Assembly (NCBI GenBank): GCA_964016885.1
Contig: OZ024741.1
Span: 184,140,001-184,204,000, forward strand
From: Eledone cirrhosa
Taxonomy: Eukaryota
Length of the DNA: 64,000 bases
Direction of reading: 5' to 3'
The notes under the pieces were generated by a model. It saw only the letters and a list, made by a program, of their open reading frames with translations. It searched no databases and was not told the DNA's origin. Every line of letters starts with the position of its first letter. Position 1 is the first letter of the stretch. Positions 1 through 15,541 of this stretch are shown here, in pieces. Made by a program: the position numbers and the translations under genes.

Positions 1-754
1 TTAATAATTATGAAAACTTAATTAACAAAAAAAGTGAATTATTCTCAAACTGCCTTCATAAAGCTTCGTCTACATTCCAAGCCTTCGCAAATGCCTATTA
101 ACTTTTAAAACCTAAAATTTGATTCTTTACCTTGAAATAACATGAATTAAATATTTTGAAAATTAAACGCCAACTATACTATATAAGAATCTGTGTGTGT
201 AGAAATTTGAACATAAATTACTCCCCTTTTGTCTCTCTCTCTCTTTAATCATCTTTCATCTGTCTTCTCAAGCTAAATACTAAATAAGTTATCACATCAG
301 CTGTTTCTTCCTCTATACTTTCCTTTCCATCCTCTTTCTCTAGTAGTTTTTAAAAATTAAAAATTCTATAGCTGTTATATTGATGCCATGTATTTATTAA
401 AATATATTACTCACACTCTCTCTATTGTTTGTATTACGTTTTCTCATGTTCTCAATATTAGGGTATAAATATTGAGTTTTGTCATAAGTTAATCACTACC
501 TTGATTAAATCTTAACCATCTACCATGTCAGGGTATGTCATGTATCATTTTATTTTATCTGATGAGGACGTACTGTTGAACTTAATTCAGTACCTCTGAA
601 ATATGTATAATAAAATATAATTGATCACAAGAATATCTATTTTGTTAATATTTTGAATTAATATTAATAACTCTGGAAAGAATTTACTGTAGAGTGCTTC
701 CAATCTATTGTAAAACTCATTCTTTGATGTATTCATTGAATCTTGTTTAACTCT

Positions 755-757
<3 letters not shown>
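1..757 (+). mobile_element. 3' end of a Penelope-like element (second family): GIY-YIG C-terminus, 3' UTR/pLTR with hammerhead, ending in (TA)n
   Basis: Frame 3..101 reads NNYENLINKKSELFSNCLHKASSTFQAFANAY*, matching the C-terminus of the PLE at 1697-1954 (ILNKKSEAISACKHK). HHR at 551-617; (TA)n from 758. Confidence 0.75.
551..617 (+). ncRNA. Type I hammerhead ribozyme motif
   Basis: Stem I TATTTTAT(551-558)/ATAAAATA(610-617); CTGATGA 559-565; stem II GTACTG/CAGTAC; GAAA 598-601; minimal stem III; cleavage triplet AUA 607-609. Confidence 0.8.
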
Positions 758-832
<75 letters not shown>

Positions 833-845
833 CACATGTATATAT

Positions 846-975
<130 letters not shown>

Positions 976-1106
976 GTGAGGTTTTTTTTACAAATTGAAA
1001 AATAACCGAGGTGTCCTACACGAGTGAAAGTATAAAGAAAAAGAGATGAAATCGAAAATGCAACTGGAGTCTTATTTTTAAAAAAAATTTATATATTTGT
1101 TTGGTT

Positions 1107-1144
1107 CCTTTACTGGTTTCGCAGTTCTTCTGCTTTTCAAAAGG
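1107..1144 (-). ncRNA. Minimal hammerhead motif, U3-A8 core variant
   Basis: Minus strand CCTT-TTGAAAA-GCAG aagaa CTGC-GAAA-CCAG-TA-AAGG. It lies in a short element between (TA)n tracts (970-1185). Confidence 0.6.
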
Positions 1145-1183
1145 TGAGTTGAGATGGAGGGTCTATGGTTCTTCTCACATCTC

Positions 1184-1214
<31 letters not shown>

Positions 1215-1268
1215 TACCAAATACACATAAGAATATACATTAAAAAAATATATATGTGTGTGTGTGTG

Positions 1269-1315
<47 letters not shown>

Positions 1316-1696
1316 CATATGATTAAATAAACGTATATAAATAAATAAATACGTATATAAGGCGCCACACACATACCTACATGTAAATACACATATGTTC
1401 GGAGACTACGTCAACCAAAACACAAAGTACACATATACACACACCCTACATACGTACGAACCCACATACCCACACAGACACAAAACTCGCGTATACACAT
1501 AACCAAATACATATGTACCAGCATATATAATATATACGCCATAACATATACAATCAAATATACGTACGAGAAAGTATACGTACCTTCACAAAACATACAT
1601 GTAATATATACTTACCTATACAAATAAGTAATGGTATAAACATAACATATACTTAGCTACCACATCAAGACGTAAAATATCCGCGTATAGTTCGTA

Positions 1697-3824
1697 CTAT
1701 CCGTTAGGGTGTAATGTGGAACTGTAATAGAGGAAAGTTTTGTGCAATTTATGTTTGCAAGCCGAAATTGCTTCAGATTTTTTGTTTAAGATGTGGTCTT
1801 TGGCGTTGAATATTTCCAGGGCCTCAGCGGCGCAGAGGTCACACGGTCTTTTATTTCCGTTATACGATCTAACCCAAGCTAGGATCTTCCAGTGTAACTT
1901 ATATTGGGTGTGGTTGTCTTTTAGACTCCAGATATAAGCTGAAAATGACGTCATATTCCTTCTTAAAGGGTAACGAAAAGAATGGTTATGTATGTAAAGA
2001 CGCTGCTTGAATCTATTGGCCCTTAACCCTATGTAGGCCCTACGGGACGTGGGTGTTTCAACCTTACATTTTTAGACAATGTTACTAGAGAGGCATTTCC
2101 CGGATAGGGGGCAGTCAACCCGATTCCTACAATTACAGTTAGTACTAGCTACAGGGTTGCAAGTGTTCCTACGGCTAGGTAGTTTAGCTAAATTTGAAGC
2201 TGTGATGTTATGTGCAACGTTAGGAGTCGTGGAGTAAGAAATGTTAATGGTATTTCTATTAAAAATTTTACTATATTTATGTGTTGGGGGAAAATTCTTC
2301 ATAATAAGGAGAGAAAGATCTTAGCTAATGGTGTGGCCACCTCCATATTATATGGTGGGTTATACCATATAATGCGTCGGGAGCTATTTTTTCTAGGTCT
2401 ATTCTCGTACTCTGTATATGCTACCTTATCGATAAATCCGCTCCGAGCAAGAGCTTCATTGTAATATTTGGAATGGTCGGTGAAAATATGCTCGTTAGTA
2501 GAAAGACGGGAAAGCCCCCAAAAAACGTTTCTTACCAGGTTCTTGGTTATGCTGGTAGGATGGGTAGAATGCTTACTTATGTAATTAAGCGAATCATTCG
2601 GCTTTCTATACGGCTAGTGCAAGCCATTCGACAAATTGAAGGTAACGTCGAGGTAATTAACGACCGAGAGTTTGGCCTCAACCGGTATGGAGAGGTTGAA
2701 GCCTTTAAAGAAGGCTGTGAGTTCTTTTCTGAACCTGTCGCAAACACGTTGGCCGCACTTTGTCATGGTCAAGAGACCATCATCACGGTACAAACCACTG
2801 CCCACGTTGGGGAATTCTTCCTTGATAGAGAAAATAAGGAAAAGGCCGATAAGATCAGTAACTTCCGCAGAATCCCTGGCGCCCATACTCACGTCGAATG
2901 GGGTACTATTAGATTTTTTAATCCAAATAGAGTCGTCGAAATTAATCACCGACTTACGGGCATTCAGGATGACATCAACTTCGAAATCCTTAACCAATGT
3001 AAGTGTTTTAGCGAAATTGATAGCTCTAAGGAGAAGTGGTAAAGTGATGGAGGAGTAGTAATTATTGATGTCGAATTGGATAAAACGGCAATGTTCCTTT
3101 TTGCATATGCCGTTGAACCAATCAATCACCGCGAAAGAATTGTTCCACAGTGCAAGAGGGGCCAAACTCCTAATTTCGGGTATAATTCTATCTAAAATCC
3201 TTTTACTAAGTCTACCTAAATCGGCCTTCGTAGGGTTAATAAGCCGAATAGAGGGGTTGTTCGGAAAATTGGATTTGTGATCCTTCAGGGTAAAGTGGGG
3301 AGAAATAGGATCCAGAGTTTCAGTCCGGTCTAGGATATTGAGATCAGAGGTGATTTTAAACCCAGCATCGTTGATTTCATTAATGACGCTCCAATTAGTT
3401 TTACGGTAATCCTTAGTTACAGCATTATGTAGCAGTTGATGGTAAGTACTGCGCTCCACTTGATATAGATTGCCAGTTTTGTCGGAATGGACGTGCACGG
3501 CATTAGAATCCTTAATAGAACGAATTCTATTCTTCAGGTCCTGCTGGAAGGAATTGCTCCTATTCCTAAATTTGATACTCCGTATGAGTTCCAAGACATC
3601 ATTTTCGAAGGGTAGCAATGCTGGGTTACTCGGAGGGTTATTATAGGTTTTAAACCAAAATTTATCCTCTTTGGTGTCTGCTTTTCCCTGATTATCGAAA
3701 TTAAAAGCACGCCAACGCAACCTTTTAATGACGCGTCTGTTTTCTGTATCAGGAGTTTTAGGTATGTTTTCCTGCTTGGTACGGGTATGTTCTTTGTAGA
3801 AATATTCAGATGTTGTTTCTGCAT
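1697..3824 (-). pseudogene. Disrupted PLE RT/GIY-YIG polyprotein
   Basis: Starts MQKQHLNISTKNIPVPSRKTYLKLLIQK (3824); frameshift near 3730; in-frame TAG at 2614 and TAA at 2072. Pieces correspond to ORFs 3534-3824, 2614-3900, 2072-2302 and 1697-1954. Confidence 0.9.
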
Positions 3825-3977
3825 GATGAATATAAGTCAATAGAGGGCTCAACCGAGGGAGCCAAATAGTAATAATAAAAATGTGAAGACTAATATCCAA
3901 AGAGGGCTCGATAAGGATAAATATATATCAAATATATAAGAACCGTAGAGCAAATATTTATTAAAATAACAGATTAA

Positions 3978-4028
3978 AGTTTAAGCAAAGAATCGCTGCT
4001 TTCACCCATAACGGGATCTTCTGAAACT
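3978..4028 (-). ncRNA. pLTR hammerhead-like motif with CAGAAGA core
   Basis: AGTTT-CAGAAGA-TCCC gttat GGGT-GAAA-GCA..TGC-TT-AAACT; same motif at 38897-38947, 51537-51587 and 51642-51692. Confidence 0.65.
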
Positions 4029-4393
4029 AAAAAAGTCAATCTGTGAACGCAGAAGTAAATATTTCAAAAAACATTGCAACCGGAGGAAGACAGGAAGACG
4101 ATACTTTGGTTCGTGGAAACGTTCCCTGGCAAAGAACGGGAAAAAAACAAAGATAATACGTCATTATTTGGACCGGTGAAAAACAATTACGTGCAAAGAC
4201 AGAACCACGTTTATGGTATGAATAAAGTTGTAGACTAATATTCTATTAGGTGGTTCATGGAGACGTTCTCTGGCAATGAACGGAAAAACGAAGATAATAC
4301 GTCATATGTGAAGCGAGGAGAACAATTGCACGCAAAGACAAAACCACGTAAATGGTATAATTGAAGTCGTAGACTAAAATTCTAACTATATAT

Positions 4394-4880
4394 AGAAAGA
4401 GAGGCGGTTTTCCTCTGTACGGTGGCTATGGTGAAAGAAGTTATATGGTGGACGAGGTTGAGAAGACTGAGGACAGATGCCTTTCTCTCCGGACAACAAT
4501 TGATTCCCTTCTTTAAGTATCACTTTAGAAGGAGAATCAGGGTGGAGAGAGGGGCACTGCACCCCAGTAAATTTACTGAAAGGTGGGTGAATGAAGCGAA
4601 AATGGCCCGAGTGATTGGGCCTTCTCTGTTTATAAGCCTGTAGGTTGAGGAAGAGAGCAAAAGGAAGAAAGGAGCACTTGCACAACACGCTCCTCGAGTT
4701 GAGGGTTGTTCTATCGACGGGGTATTAAACAACCCATTTGTGGCGCCTCCTCCCTATTGGGGATTTCGATTGTTGAAATTGTTTGTTTTTATATTTTTTA
4801 CACGACTGTATGTAAAATCCCCGGCATGTCTTTGTATTGTCCCCTTTCTTGTTGCGCCCTTGTGGCTAATAAAGAAATCT
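4394..4880 (+). mobile_element. Tx1/L1-clade LINE, 5'-truncated 3' fragment
   Basis: Homologous to 22520-22997 (MVKEVIWWTRLR..FFKYHFRRRIR); ends AATAAAGAAATCT. Confidence 0.85.
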
Positions 4881-5471
4881 ATATATATATAGACATAAAA
4901 ACCTTAAACTTGGTCCCCCTGCACCAAATCGTAACACTCCGGTGGGTAGGCTGCGCATATAAACATTTATACACCAACTATGCACCCCAGATCCTGCCTG
5001 AAATGAAAACGGTAAAGTAGCATCCACAAATTAGTAATGGAAAACCACCATCATGTGAACGGGTAATAAGCCCTTTGGGGACAATTATTCAAACACCGTC
5101 CAGAGTTACTCCCCTTGCTCTGTGACACTAACGACGTGTATGTTTGAAATAAGAATGAACTTTGATGTATGTATCACTTTAAAACCCCTTCTGTGTCCTA
5201 TACTGAACAATCTTTAGTTTTCTATGCCCTTGAAGAACCCTTTTCGGGCGAAGGGTACGTAGGTGCTTTTATATAAACATGTTCTGACAGTATATATTCT
5301 CCTTTGTAATCCTTTCATTTGTAACCGCTCTGCTTATTTTCTCGCCGGCTATTAACGCTTCCAGTATTTAATCCCGTAGGCACAAGTATTGAGCACAAAT
5401 GCACAACCTTTTGGCAACTAACTATATGTATCGTTTATCCCTTTAAACTTCTTCTTTTCTCTCACGATACT

Positions 5472-7750
<2,279 letters not shown>

Positions 7751-7977
7751 CACAAACAAGCGTGCACTCAGACGCACACATATTAACGCGCGTGTGATCG
7801 TGTGTGTAAAATAGTATGTGATGTATGAATGCTTATCCCGTCTTAGAACATAATGTGGAAGTATTGTAGATTTTTATCTACAAAACAATTTCCATTTTTT
7901 TAAATTCGTTCTATATTTCATTTTTTTTTCTTTTGTTAACACTATATATAATATCGATTATTTTACTTCTATAATCC

Positions 7978-8700
7978 TAACCCCAAGCGATTTCTTATCC
8001 TGGAAAGATCCTTGTCATTGAAAAGCTTTTTTTATGAAACTTTTCATGAAATCCTTCACGGCATCATATGTAATAATTTTCCTATGTTCATTTCTTGTAA
8101 AGCTAGAGCTGCTTAAAAGCTTTAACACCCCTCTCATGATAGTTTTGTATAAAACACATAAAAAATGGATTCAAATATTTACACTATTTTTCAGAAAACT
8201 ATTCTGGTTTTTCTTCCATCTTTTTCATGTACTTTTGCGAAAAAGAATTTTCGTGTAATATTCATATTTAACAGTATAAATACTGACTATCCCCATTATA
8301 ACATCCAACGCCGCCTGAAATTCGGAACCGTAAAACTCGGTGCAAGGATTTATGGAGTTTCAGGCGCCGTTAGATGTTATAATGGGGATAGTCAGTATTT
8401 ATACTGTTAAATATGAATATTACACGAAAATTATTTTTCGCAAAAGTACATGAAAAAGATTGGAAGAAAAACCAGAATAGTTTTCTGAAAAATAGTGTAA
8501 ATATTTGAATCCATTTTTTATGTGTTTTATACAAAACTATCATGAGAGGGTGTTAAAGCTTTTAAGCAGCTCTAGCTTTACAAGAAATGAACATAGGAAA
8601 ATTATTACATATGATGCCGTGAAGGATTTCATGAAAAGTTTCATAAAAACAGCTTTTCAATGACAAGGATCTTTCCAGGATAAGAAATCGCCTGGTGTTA
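7978..8700. repeat. Long palindrome (~345 bp arms, ~30 bp spacer)
   Basis: GCGATTTCTTATCCTGGAAAGATCC.. (7987) is the reverse complement of ..GGATCTTTCCAGGATAAGAAATCGC (8691); arms meet around 8323-8355. Confidence 0.95.
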
Positions 8701-8811
8701 AGCTCATTTTACAAAGAAGGAGAACTAAGGAGATCGTCAACCACAAAGATATCGTTGTATATTTGGTGTTATTGTGTCGACCGTCTCCTTTACAAGCAGA
8801 GTGTTAATAAT

Positions 8812-9190
8812 AATGTTTCTACTTTAGGCACAAGGCCAGCAATTACCACAGTGCATTACTGGCGCATTATTTCATCGACCCCGTAAGAATGAAAGGCAAA
8901 GTTAACCTCGGCAGGATTTGAACTGATAAGGTAAATGGCCATAACTCTATGTTTCAAAGTATGGTGTCTGACGCGCTACCAATACTGGCAATCCATCGCC
9001 CTTGTTAATAATGATTTTTAGTATAAGCACAAGGTCAGCAATTATCCCAGTGCATTACTGGTACTTTATTTTATCGACCCCGTAAGGATGAAAGGCAAAG
9101 CTAACCTCGGCGGGATTTGAACTCAGACCATAAAGGGATGTAACTCTTTGCTGCAAAAGCATAGCGTCAGACCCTGTACCGATACTGCCA
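8812..9190 (-). mobile_element. Two tandem tRNA-derived SINEs
   Basis: Minus strand A-box-like TGGCAGTATCGG, B-box GAGTTCAAATCC, body TTGCCTTTCATCCTTACGGGGTCGATAAAATAAAGTACCAG, tail GCCTTGTGCCTAAAGTAGAAAC. Confidence 0.85.
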
Positions 9191-9409
9191 GAGTAGGGAC
9201 GAGGTGTCGAAGTATGATCATTAAGTTTATTCAGATGTGACGCTCGTTTCGCGATTGATCCGCTCAAGTTACGATCCGTATCGATCGAGCACGACTCTGG
9301 AATCAATAGCTCATCAGACTCATGGTTTCCTTAATGAGAGGAAATATACGCATATGCAGTCACACTTGAATACATTTAATGATGATAATTTCACATCTCG
9401 TTCCTACTC

Positions 9410-9546
<137 letters not shown>

Positions 9547-9631
9547 TATTGAAGTATTGAAGTTTCCGTTGAAAATTGAAAAAGTCATAGGAGTGAAGAG
9601 TGCTTTATGTAAGTACCAGAGCTAAATTTAA

Positions 9632-9842
9632 TGTATAATAAACAGTACAATATAATTACCTCATTACCAGAGGTTTCCCGAATAAGACGAATACGAAAAA
9701 CGTCCTCATTCGTTCATTTTTCAAATATTTCACTATGTTTTAAATTGCCTTGTCCGATGAACGAATGAGGACGTTTTTCGTATTCGTCTTATTCGGGAAA
9801 CCTCTGGTAATGAGGTAATTATATTGTATTGTTTATTATACA
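9632..9842 (+). mobile_element. Fold-back element carrying a hammerhead (9743-9820, CCGATGA core)
   Basis: Arms 9632-9717 / 9757-9842. Stem I AATTGCCTTGT/ATGAGGTAATT, CCGATGA 9754-9760, long stem II, GAAA-CC-TCT-GG-TA. Confidence 0.8.
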
Positions 9843-9864
9843 ATATACATATATATATATATAC

Positions 9865-9971
<107 letters not shown>

Positions 9972-10259
9972 ATCAACTGAAATAGAACTAAGAAAACCAA
10001 AGTTGAACAGAAAAATGAATGAAATAACAACAACAATAACCATGCCCTAACACACAATAGTGACCTAAGGGAAATATAAATAATAAATAAATATATACAC
10101 AAGCACAATAACAACAAATACACATAAACACACACTACTGAGCATCACGAACATACACACCAAACAGAAAACACACACGCAAGCGCATGCGCAAACAGAG
10201 ACAGAGACAAGAATAAATAAATGAAATAAATAAATAGAATAAAAATGGAATAGACATTA

Positions 10260-10561
10260 CAATACAATGGGAGGAAACATAACAGTACCACAGTTGATGT
10301 CACAGATGTGTGACGAAAGAACTTTGATAGACTATTTATATATATATTTGTATCTGTATTTTTAACCGTTGGTCAGTCAATGATAAACATTGATTGCCAG
10401 ATAAATTAACTATGGAGATATAAAAGATTCAGAAGCGAAAACCATTCCAAACCAAACAATGAGTCTGTTTTATTATTATTTCTGGCAATATTATAACAAT
10501 ATGACCCTCGCCAAATATAACAATATTTGTTTCAACACACGATTTCATATAAAAAACCTTG
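10260..10561 (+). repeat. Interspersed non-coding repeat, related to 27340-27560 and (inverted) 30410-30660
   Basis: Shared CAATGATAAACATTGATTGC..GAAGCGAAAACCA..CAATATTTGTTT..ACACACGA, followed by A/(TA)n. Confidence 0.7.
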
Positions 10562-10582
10562 CAAAAAAAAAAAAAAAAAAAA

Positions 10583-10623
<41 letters not shown>

Positions 10624-10764
10624 CATACATACACACATACATATATATATATATATGCACATACATAAATATATATATATATATATACATTTATTTATGT
10701 ATGTGCATATATATATATGTATGTGTGTATGTATGTATGTATGTGTATATATATATATATGTAT

Positions 10765-11370
10765 GTCAGGTCACCAGTTGGTGCTACTGGTAACATGTAT
10801 CCCAGTACAACCTGTCCCATGGTCGGGTCGTTGGCGACTAAACTGGCAACCCCACCAAGGTTTCTTGGTGAGGAGGGTGACTTTGGACATCCTGCAGGAC
10901 TAAAAACAAAACCTGTCAAAGGGCAAAGGAGCTCTTAAGAGTCAATGGCCATCCAAAATCACCGGGAGAGATGACCCCTTAGCCTTTGTCAAGGCAGAAT
11001 TCTAGGAGAAGGAAAACTCTGATATAACACCTGCAACCCTGATGGTATCCAATGATGTTGACTTGTTCTTCTTTTTGGTAAATATCATCTTGGTTAAGAG
11101 AGTGGGACTGGCTTTGTGCAGTGCCTTTGCTCACTATAAAAGCTTCACGGCACAGGCATTGCTTTATATCTGGAGATCTCTCTGCGCTTGTCGTCACGTG
11201 GTGCCATGGGCCCAGCACTGTGTGTCAGTAATTGTCACAAATGTAGTGTTTGTACCAGAGTTTTCAAGTCGCTGGCTGGACTAAAAAGTCACACTCGTTC
11301 AGCGCATCGGTAGGGGTTCTCCTACATGGATATAAAGTAGTGGCCGTACTCGAAAACGAGTTGGCAGCCA

Positions 11371-11373
<3 letters not shown>
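10765..11373 (+). mobile_element. Bipartite RTE-derived non-autonomous retroelement
   Basis: RTE-like 5' UTR motif AGGAGAAGGAAAACTCTGAT fused to a C-terminal C2H2 finger CSVCTRVFKSLAGLKSHTRSAH* (11242-11313) and a 3' hairpin CTCGAAAACGAG. Near-identical copy at 32537-33145. Confidence 0.75.
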
Positions 11374-11428
<55 letters not shown>

Positions 11429-11769
11429 CACACGCACGCACACCACACACTTATATATATTTAAGTGTGTGGTGTGCGTGTGAATTCACACATAATTATA
11501 AAAGAATACACACACGGGCTCATATAGAGATTTATAAATACTAAACATTTATCGAAGAATCTCATTAGAAATGTTTAATCGGAGGTGTCGGGTTTCTATC
11601 AAGATAAATATGGCGACATATTCAGAACGAATGATCAAGAATCAGGACAATTGACCGCGTTTCCACGCTTGGTCAATGTTGTCTATAATAGCAATAATTC
11701 ATGCATAATAGATCACTGCTATTTATTTTATTTGGTCCAACCTGATGATAATAATAATAATTATTATTA

Positions 11770-12740
11770 TTTCTACTTTTGGCACAAGGCCAGCAATTAC
11801 CCCAGTGCATTACTGGTGCTTTGTTTTATCGATCCCGTATTGTTGAAAGGCAAAGTTAACGTTGGTGGAATTTGAACTCAGAACGTAAAGGATCTTAACT
11901 CTATGCTGCAAAGCATTGTGTCTGATGCTCTACCAATCAACCACTGCAAAGCATGGTGTCTGACGCTCTACCGATACTGCCAATCAACCACCCTTTAACA
12001 AAATTAATAATTGTTTCTACTTTTGGCACAAGGCCAGCTATTATCCCAGTACATTACTGGTACTTTATTTAATAATACTAATAATAATGATTTCTACTAT
12101 ATGCACAAAGACAGCAATTTGGGGAGAGGCGGAAATCGATTAAATTGATCTCAGTGCATTACTGGTGCTGTATTTCATCGACCCCGTAAGGATGAAAGGC
12201 AAAGCTAACCTCGGCAGGATTTTAAATCAGAACATAAAGCGCAGTAACAAAATAATATTTTGGAAATATCTAATTAATATGTACTAATTATCTAACAAAA
12301 AACGAAGAAAAATTAATTTCAAAGCTAACTACCTTTAATGACTTTGTTGTGACTCCTTGGTGTAGGAAAGAATTTAGATGTTTGAATGCATGGAGGTCCG
12401 AAATTTCAACTGAACCTCTAGATAGGCATCCACCATTTGTGATCTCGAAGGCGTCTTGATTTTGATTAGTTAGGAGAATGTAGATTCGCAGCAATAAGTA
12501 GTTGAAAAGCAAGAGAGTATTTTTCGTGCATGTTGTCGAAGGTATGGATATTTTATTGCATATTTCCATATCACTTTACTAATAAAATATAGGCAAAAAC
12601 ATAATAATTGTTTCTAGTATAGGCACAAGGCCAGGAATGTGGGGGGAGGGGAAGTCGATTAAGTCGACCCCAGTGGATTACTGGTACTTTACTTTATTGC
12701 TAACCTTGGCGGGATTTAAACTCAGAACGGAAAGGGCTGT
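11770..12740 (-). mobile_element. Cluster of 4 SINE copies/fragments
   Basis: SINE body at ~11770-11995, 12010-12070, 12090-12240 and 12605-12740. Confidence 0.8.
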
Positions 12741-13239
12741 AAAACAATAAAATTGTTTTTAAATCGTTGGAAACGTTTGATTCTTTCATAAGGCTGCATA
12801 GAATAGCATAGAAGGCCGCAGGTTCATCTTTGGTCCTGAACAAAACATTAACAAGAACATATCCATCGATTGCCTAGAGATCACCTCATTCTTTCGTTAG
12901 TGACCTATCAGTATGAAAATAGTCACTAACTTTAGAGAAAATGGAAAGTTAAGAAAAGTCTACATTTGGTTTGATAAAATGTTTCATTCTTGTTGGTTAT
13001 CATGAGGATGAAGAGAGTATGGAATCGTTAGAAAATACAGAACCTTGTATGCGATCATATAGTTTCTAAAAATAGCATACATATTTCTCTTATTGATGTC
13101 CCTTGCCTGAAAAAGACAGGATGGCTGCGGTTGGAATGCAATTGATCATAACTCTATTAGCCCAGAGTGGGAGCTGGATTTGAGCAAATACATCAATGCC
13201 TCAACACGAGTCGATAAGAGAGCATCTCTATGCAATCAA

Positions 13240-13800
13240 CAAACAAAATCAACAACACAGAAACAGCTTCCAAAACCACAAGTCAAAAAGCATCATTATC
13301 AATAAAACGACTACGACAATAACAAACAGCAACAACAATAATAAAAACATAACACATAACAAGACCACCACTATCATCACTAACAATAACAATAAAAAAA
13401 TAATGCACAACAACACCACCACCATCACTACCATCACTACCGCCACTAACATCACCAACCCAACAGAAACATTTCCAAAATTTCAAGCCAAACTTCATTA
13501 CTAACAAAACGATAACAATAACAACAAAAACAGCAATAACAACGATAATAACAAAAGCAGCAATAATAATAACAACAAAAGCAACAATGACAACATTTAA
13601 CAACAATATCATCAACAGCAACAATAAAAACAACAGCAACAGTAGCTCTAGTTAATGGCGAGGAGATGTGATTTCATGATACTCAGTCGTTTTTGAAATT
13701 TTATTGGCGTCTTTCCGGTTTCTCTCAAGATCATTAGTGGTGTAAATGAAAATTAAATGGCTTTAATCTGAAACTGAAACCGAATTGGAGACTCAGCACG

Positions 13801-13864
<64 letters not shown>

Positions 13865-13883
13865 GTTCTTTCCTTAATCAAAC

Positions 13884-13927
<44 letters not shown>

Positions 13928-13997
13928 CTGTGTGTATGCATGTATATACATACATATATATATATATATGTATATACATGCATACACACAGACACAC

Positions 13998-14084
<87 letters not shown>

Positions 14085-14254
14085 CATATGTGTATATATA
14101 TATGGTGGATTAATAAAAGAACGCCGAGGCCGAATGTGGGAATTCGATGAGGAAATATAAATGAAGAGAAAGTGAAACGTTGATAGAGATCAGGTAGAGA
14201 GAAAGAAAGAGGGTGAGCTGGAAAGGGAGAGATAAATATATAGATAGATAGAGA

Positions 14255-14300
<46 letters not shown>

Positions 14301-14679
14301 AGGGGGGGGAGAAATGAAAAGGCAAAAAGAAAGATTAAATGTGGAAGGAATAAATGAGAAAGATAGAAAAGGTAAAAGTGGAACAGGGAAGTGCGAGGGA
14401 ACGGAGGGGATAGTTGAGGAAAGATGTAATTACAGAAGGAAAATAGTAAGAATGGAGGAATGAATTGTCAGTGAAATGACAGTGATAACAGTAATAATAA
14501 GATGGACGGACAAGGTTTGATTGGGCGTGTGACGACTTCATATGACTTCAGCTTAAAGAAAAAGAAAGAATTGGTTGAAGCAGACGATAATAAGGGAAGA
14601 GAGAGTGTGCGAGTGAGAGAGAGAGGAGGGGAGGGGAGGAGAAGGGGAATAGAATTGATTGAAGCAGACGGTAATAAGT

Positions 14680-14730
<51 letters not shown>

Positions 14731-15494
14731 GGGAGGAGAAGGGGAATAGAATTGATTGAAGCAGACGGTAATACGTGAAGAGCAAGCGAGAGAGAGAGAG
14801 AGGGGGAGTGAGAGAGAGAGAAGGTGGGGGGAGAAAGAAAGAGAAAGAAATGGTTGAAGCAGAGAGTAATAAGGGAAGAGCGAGAGAGAAAGAGAGAGAG
14901 AAAGAGAGCGAGAGAGAGCGAGAGAGAGCGAGAGAGACCGAGAGAGAAAGAGAAATATTGAGAGAGAAAGGTGATGTAAGAGATAAACACGAGAAGTTAT
15001 TGGTATGTTGTAAAGTATTTGCTATCAATGTCTTCAGGCGTCCATTTTAATTGGACAAGCAAGTAAAAGTAAAGGACACTTACTGGTTTCCAACTTCCGG
15101 TTCGGAAGATTTTGTCTATGGATCCGAAAGGTATATATTCACACACACAAACACACACAGATACATACACACACACATATATACATACATGCACATATTA
15201 ATCATATACACAGTGGAAGATAGGAAGAAGGAAACAAGAGAGCGTTAGTGAGTGAATGTGTGTGTGTATGTGTGTGCGCGTGCATGCGTGTGTGTGTGTT
15301 CGTGTGTGTGTGTGTGCTAAAGAGGGAGAGAGAGATGAAGAGAGAGAGAGAGTTAGAGAGAGTTAGAGAGAGAAAGAGAGAGTGGTAAACGGATTGCTCC
15401 GTTCAATATACTCCTACACACGCACACACACACACACACACATATATAAATATAATATATATATGTATATGTATGTGTGTATGTGTATGTGAGT

Positions 15495-15541
<47 letters not shown>

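Larger units (their letters stand above)
1315..4386 (-). mobile_element. Penelope-like retroelement copy 1 (Naiad-like) with 5' pLTR; 3' end truncated at (TG)n
   Basis: RT motifs DKTGNLY, FDINNYY, MGARDS, LYRDDG; CNC..CPLSGKC + IVY..AYIG GIY-YIG endonuclease; C-terminal CDLC and LNKKSE..CKH. pLTR 3960-4386 is homologous to 51620-52047. Confidence 0.93.

Noticed and set aside
2072-2616. In-frame stops in the PLE ORF as possible selenocysteine recoding (reported for some Naiad elements)
   Set aside because: The stops are TAA and TAG at non-Cys positions and Cys codons are normal; ordinary decay.
5224-5265. TTGAAGA-ACCC ttttc GGGC-GAAG hammerhead-like string
   Set aside because: GAAG instead of GAAA and no convincing stem I/III; at most a decayed relic.
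11742-11760. Isolated CTGATGA (also at 41001 and TCTTCAG at 15031)
   Set aside because: No stem II-GAAA-NUH arrangement follows.
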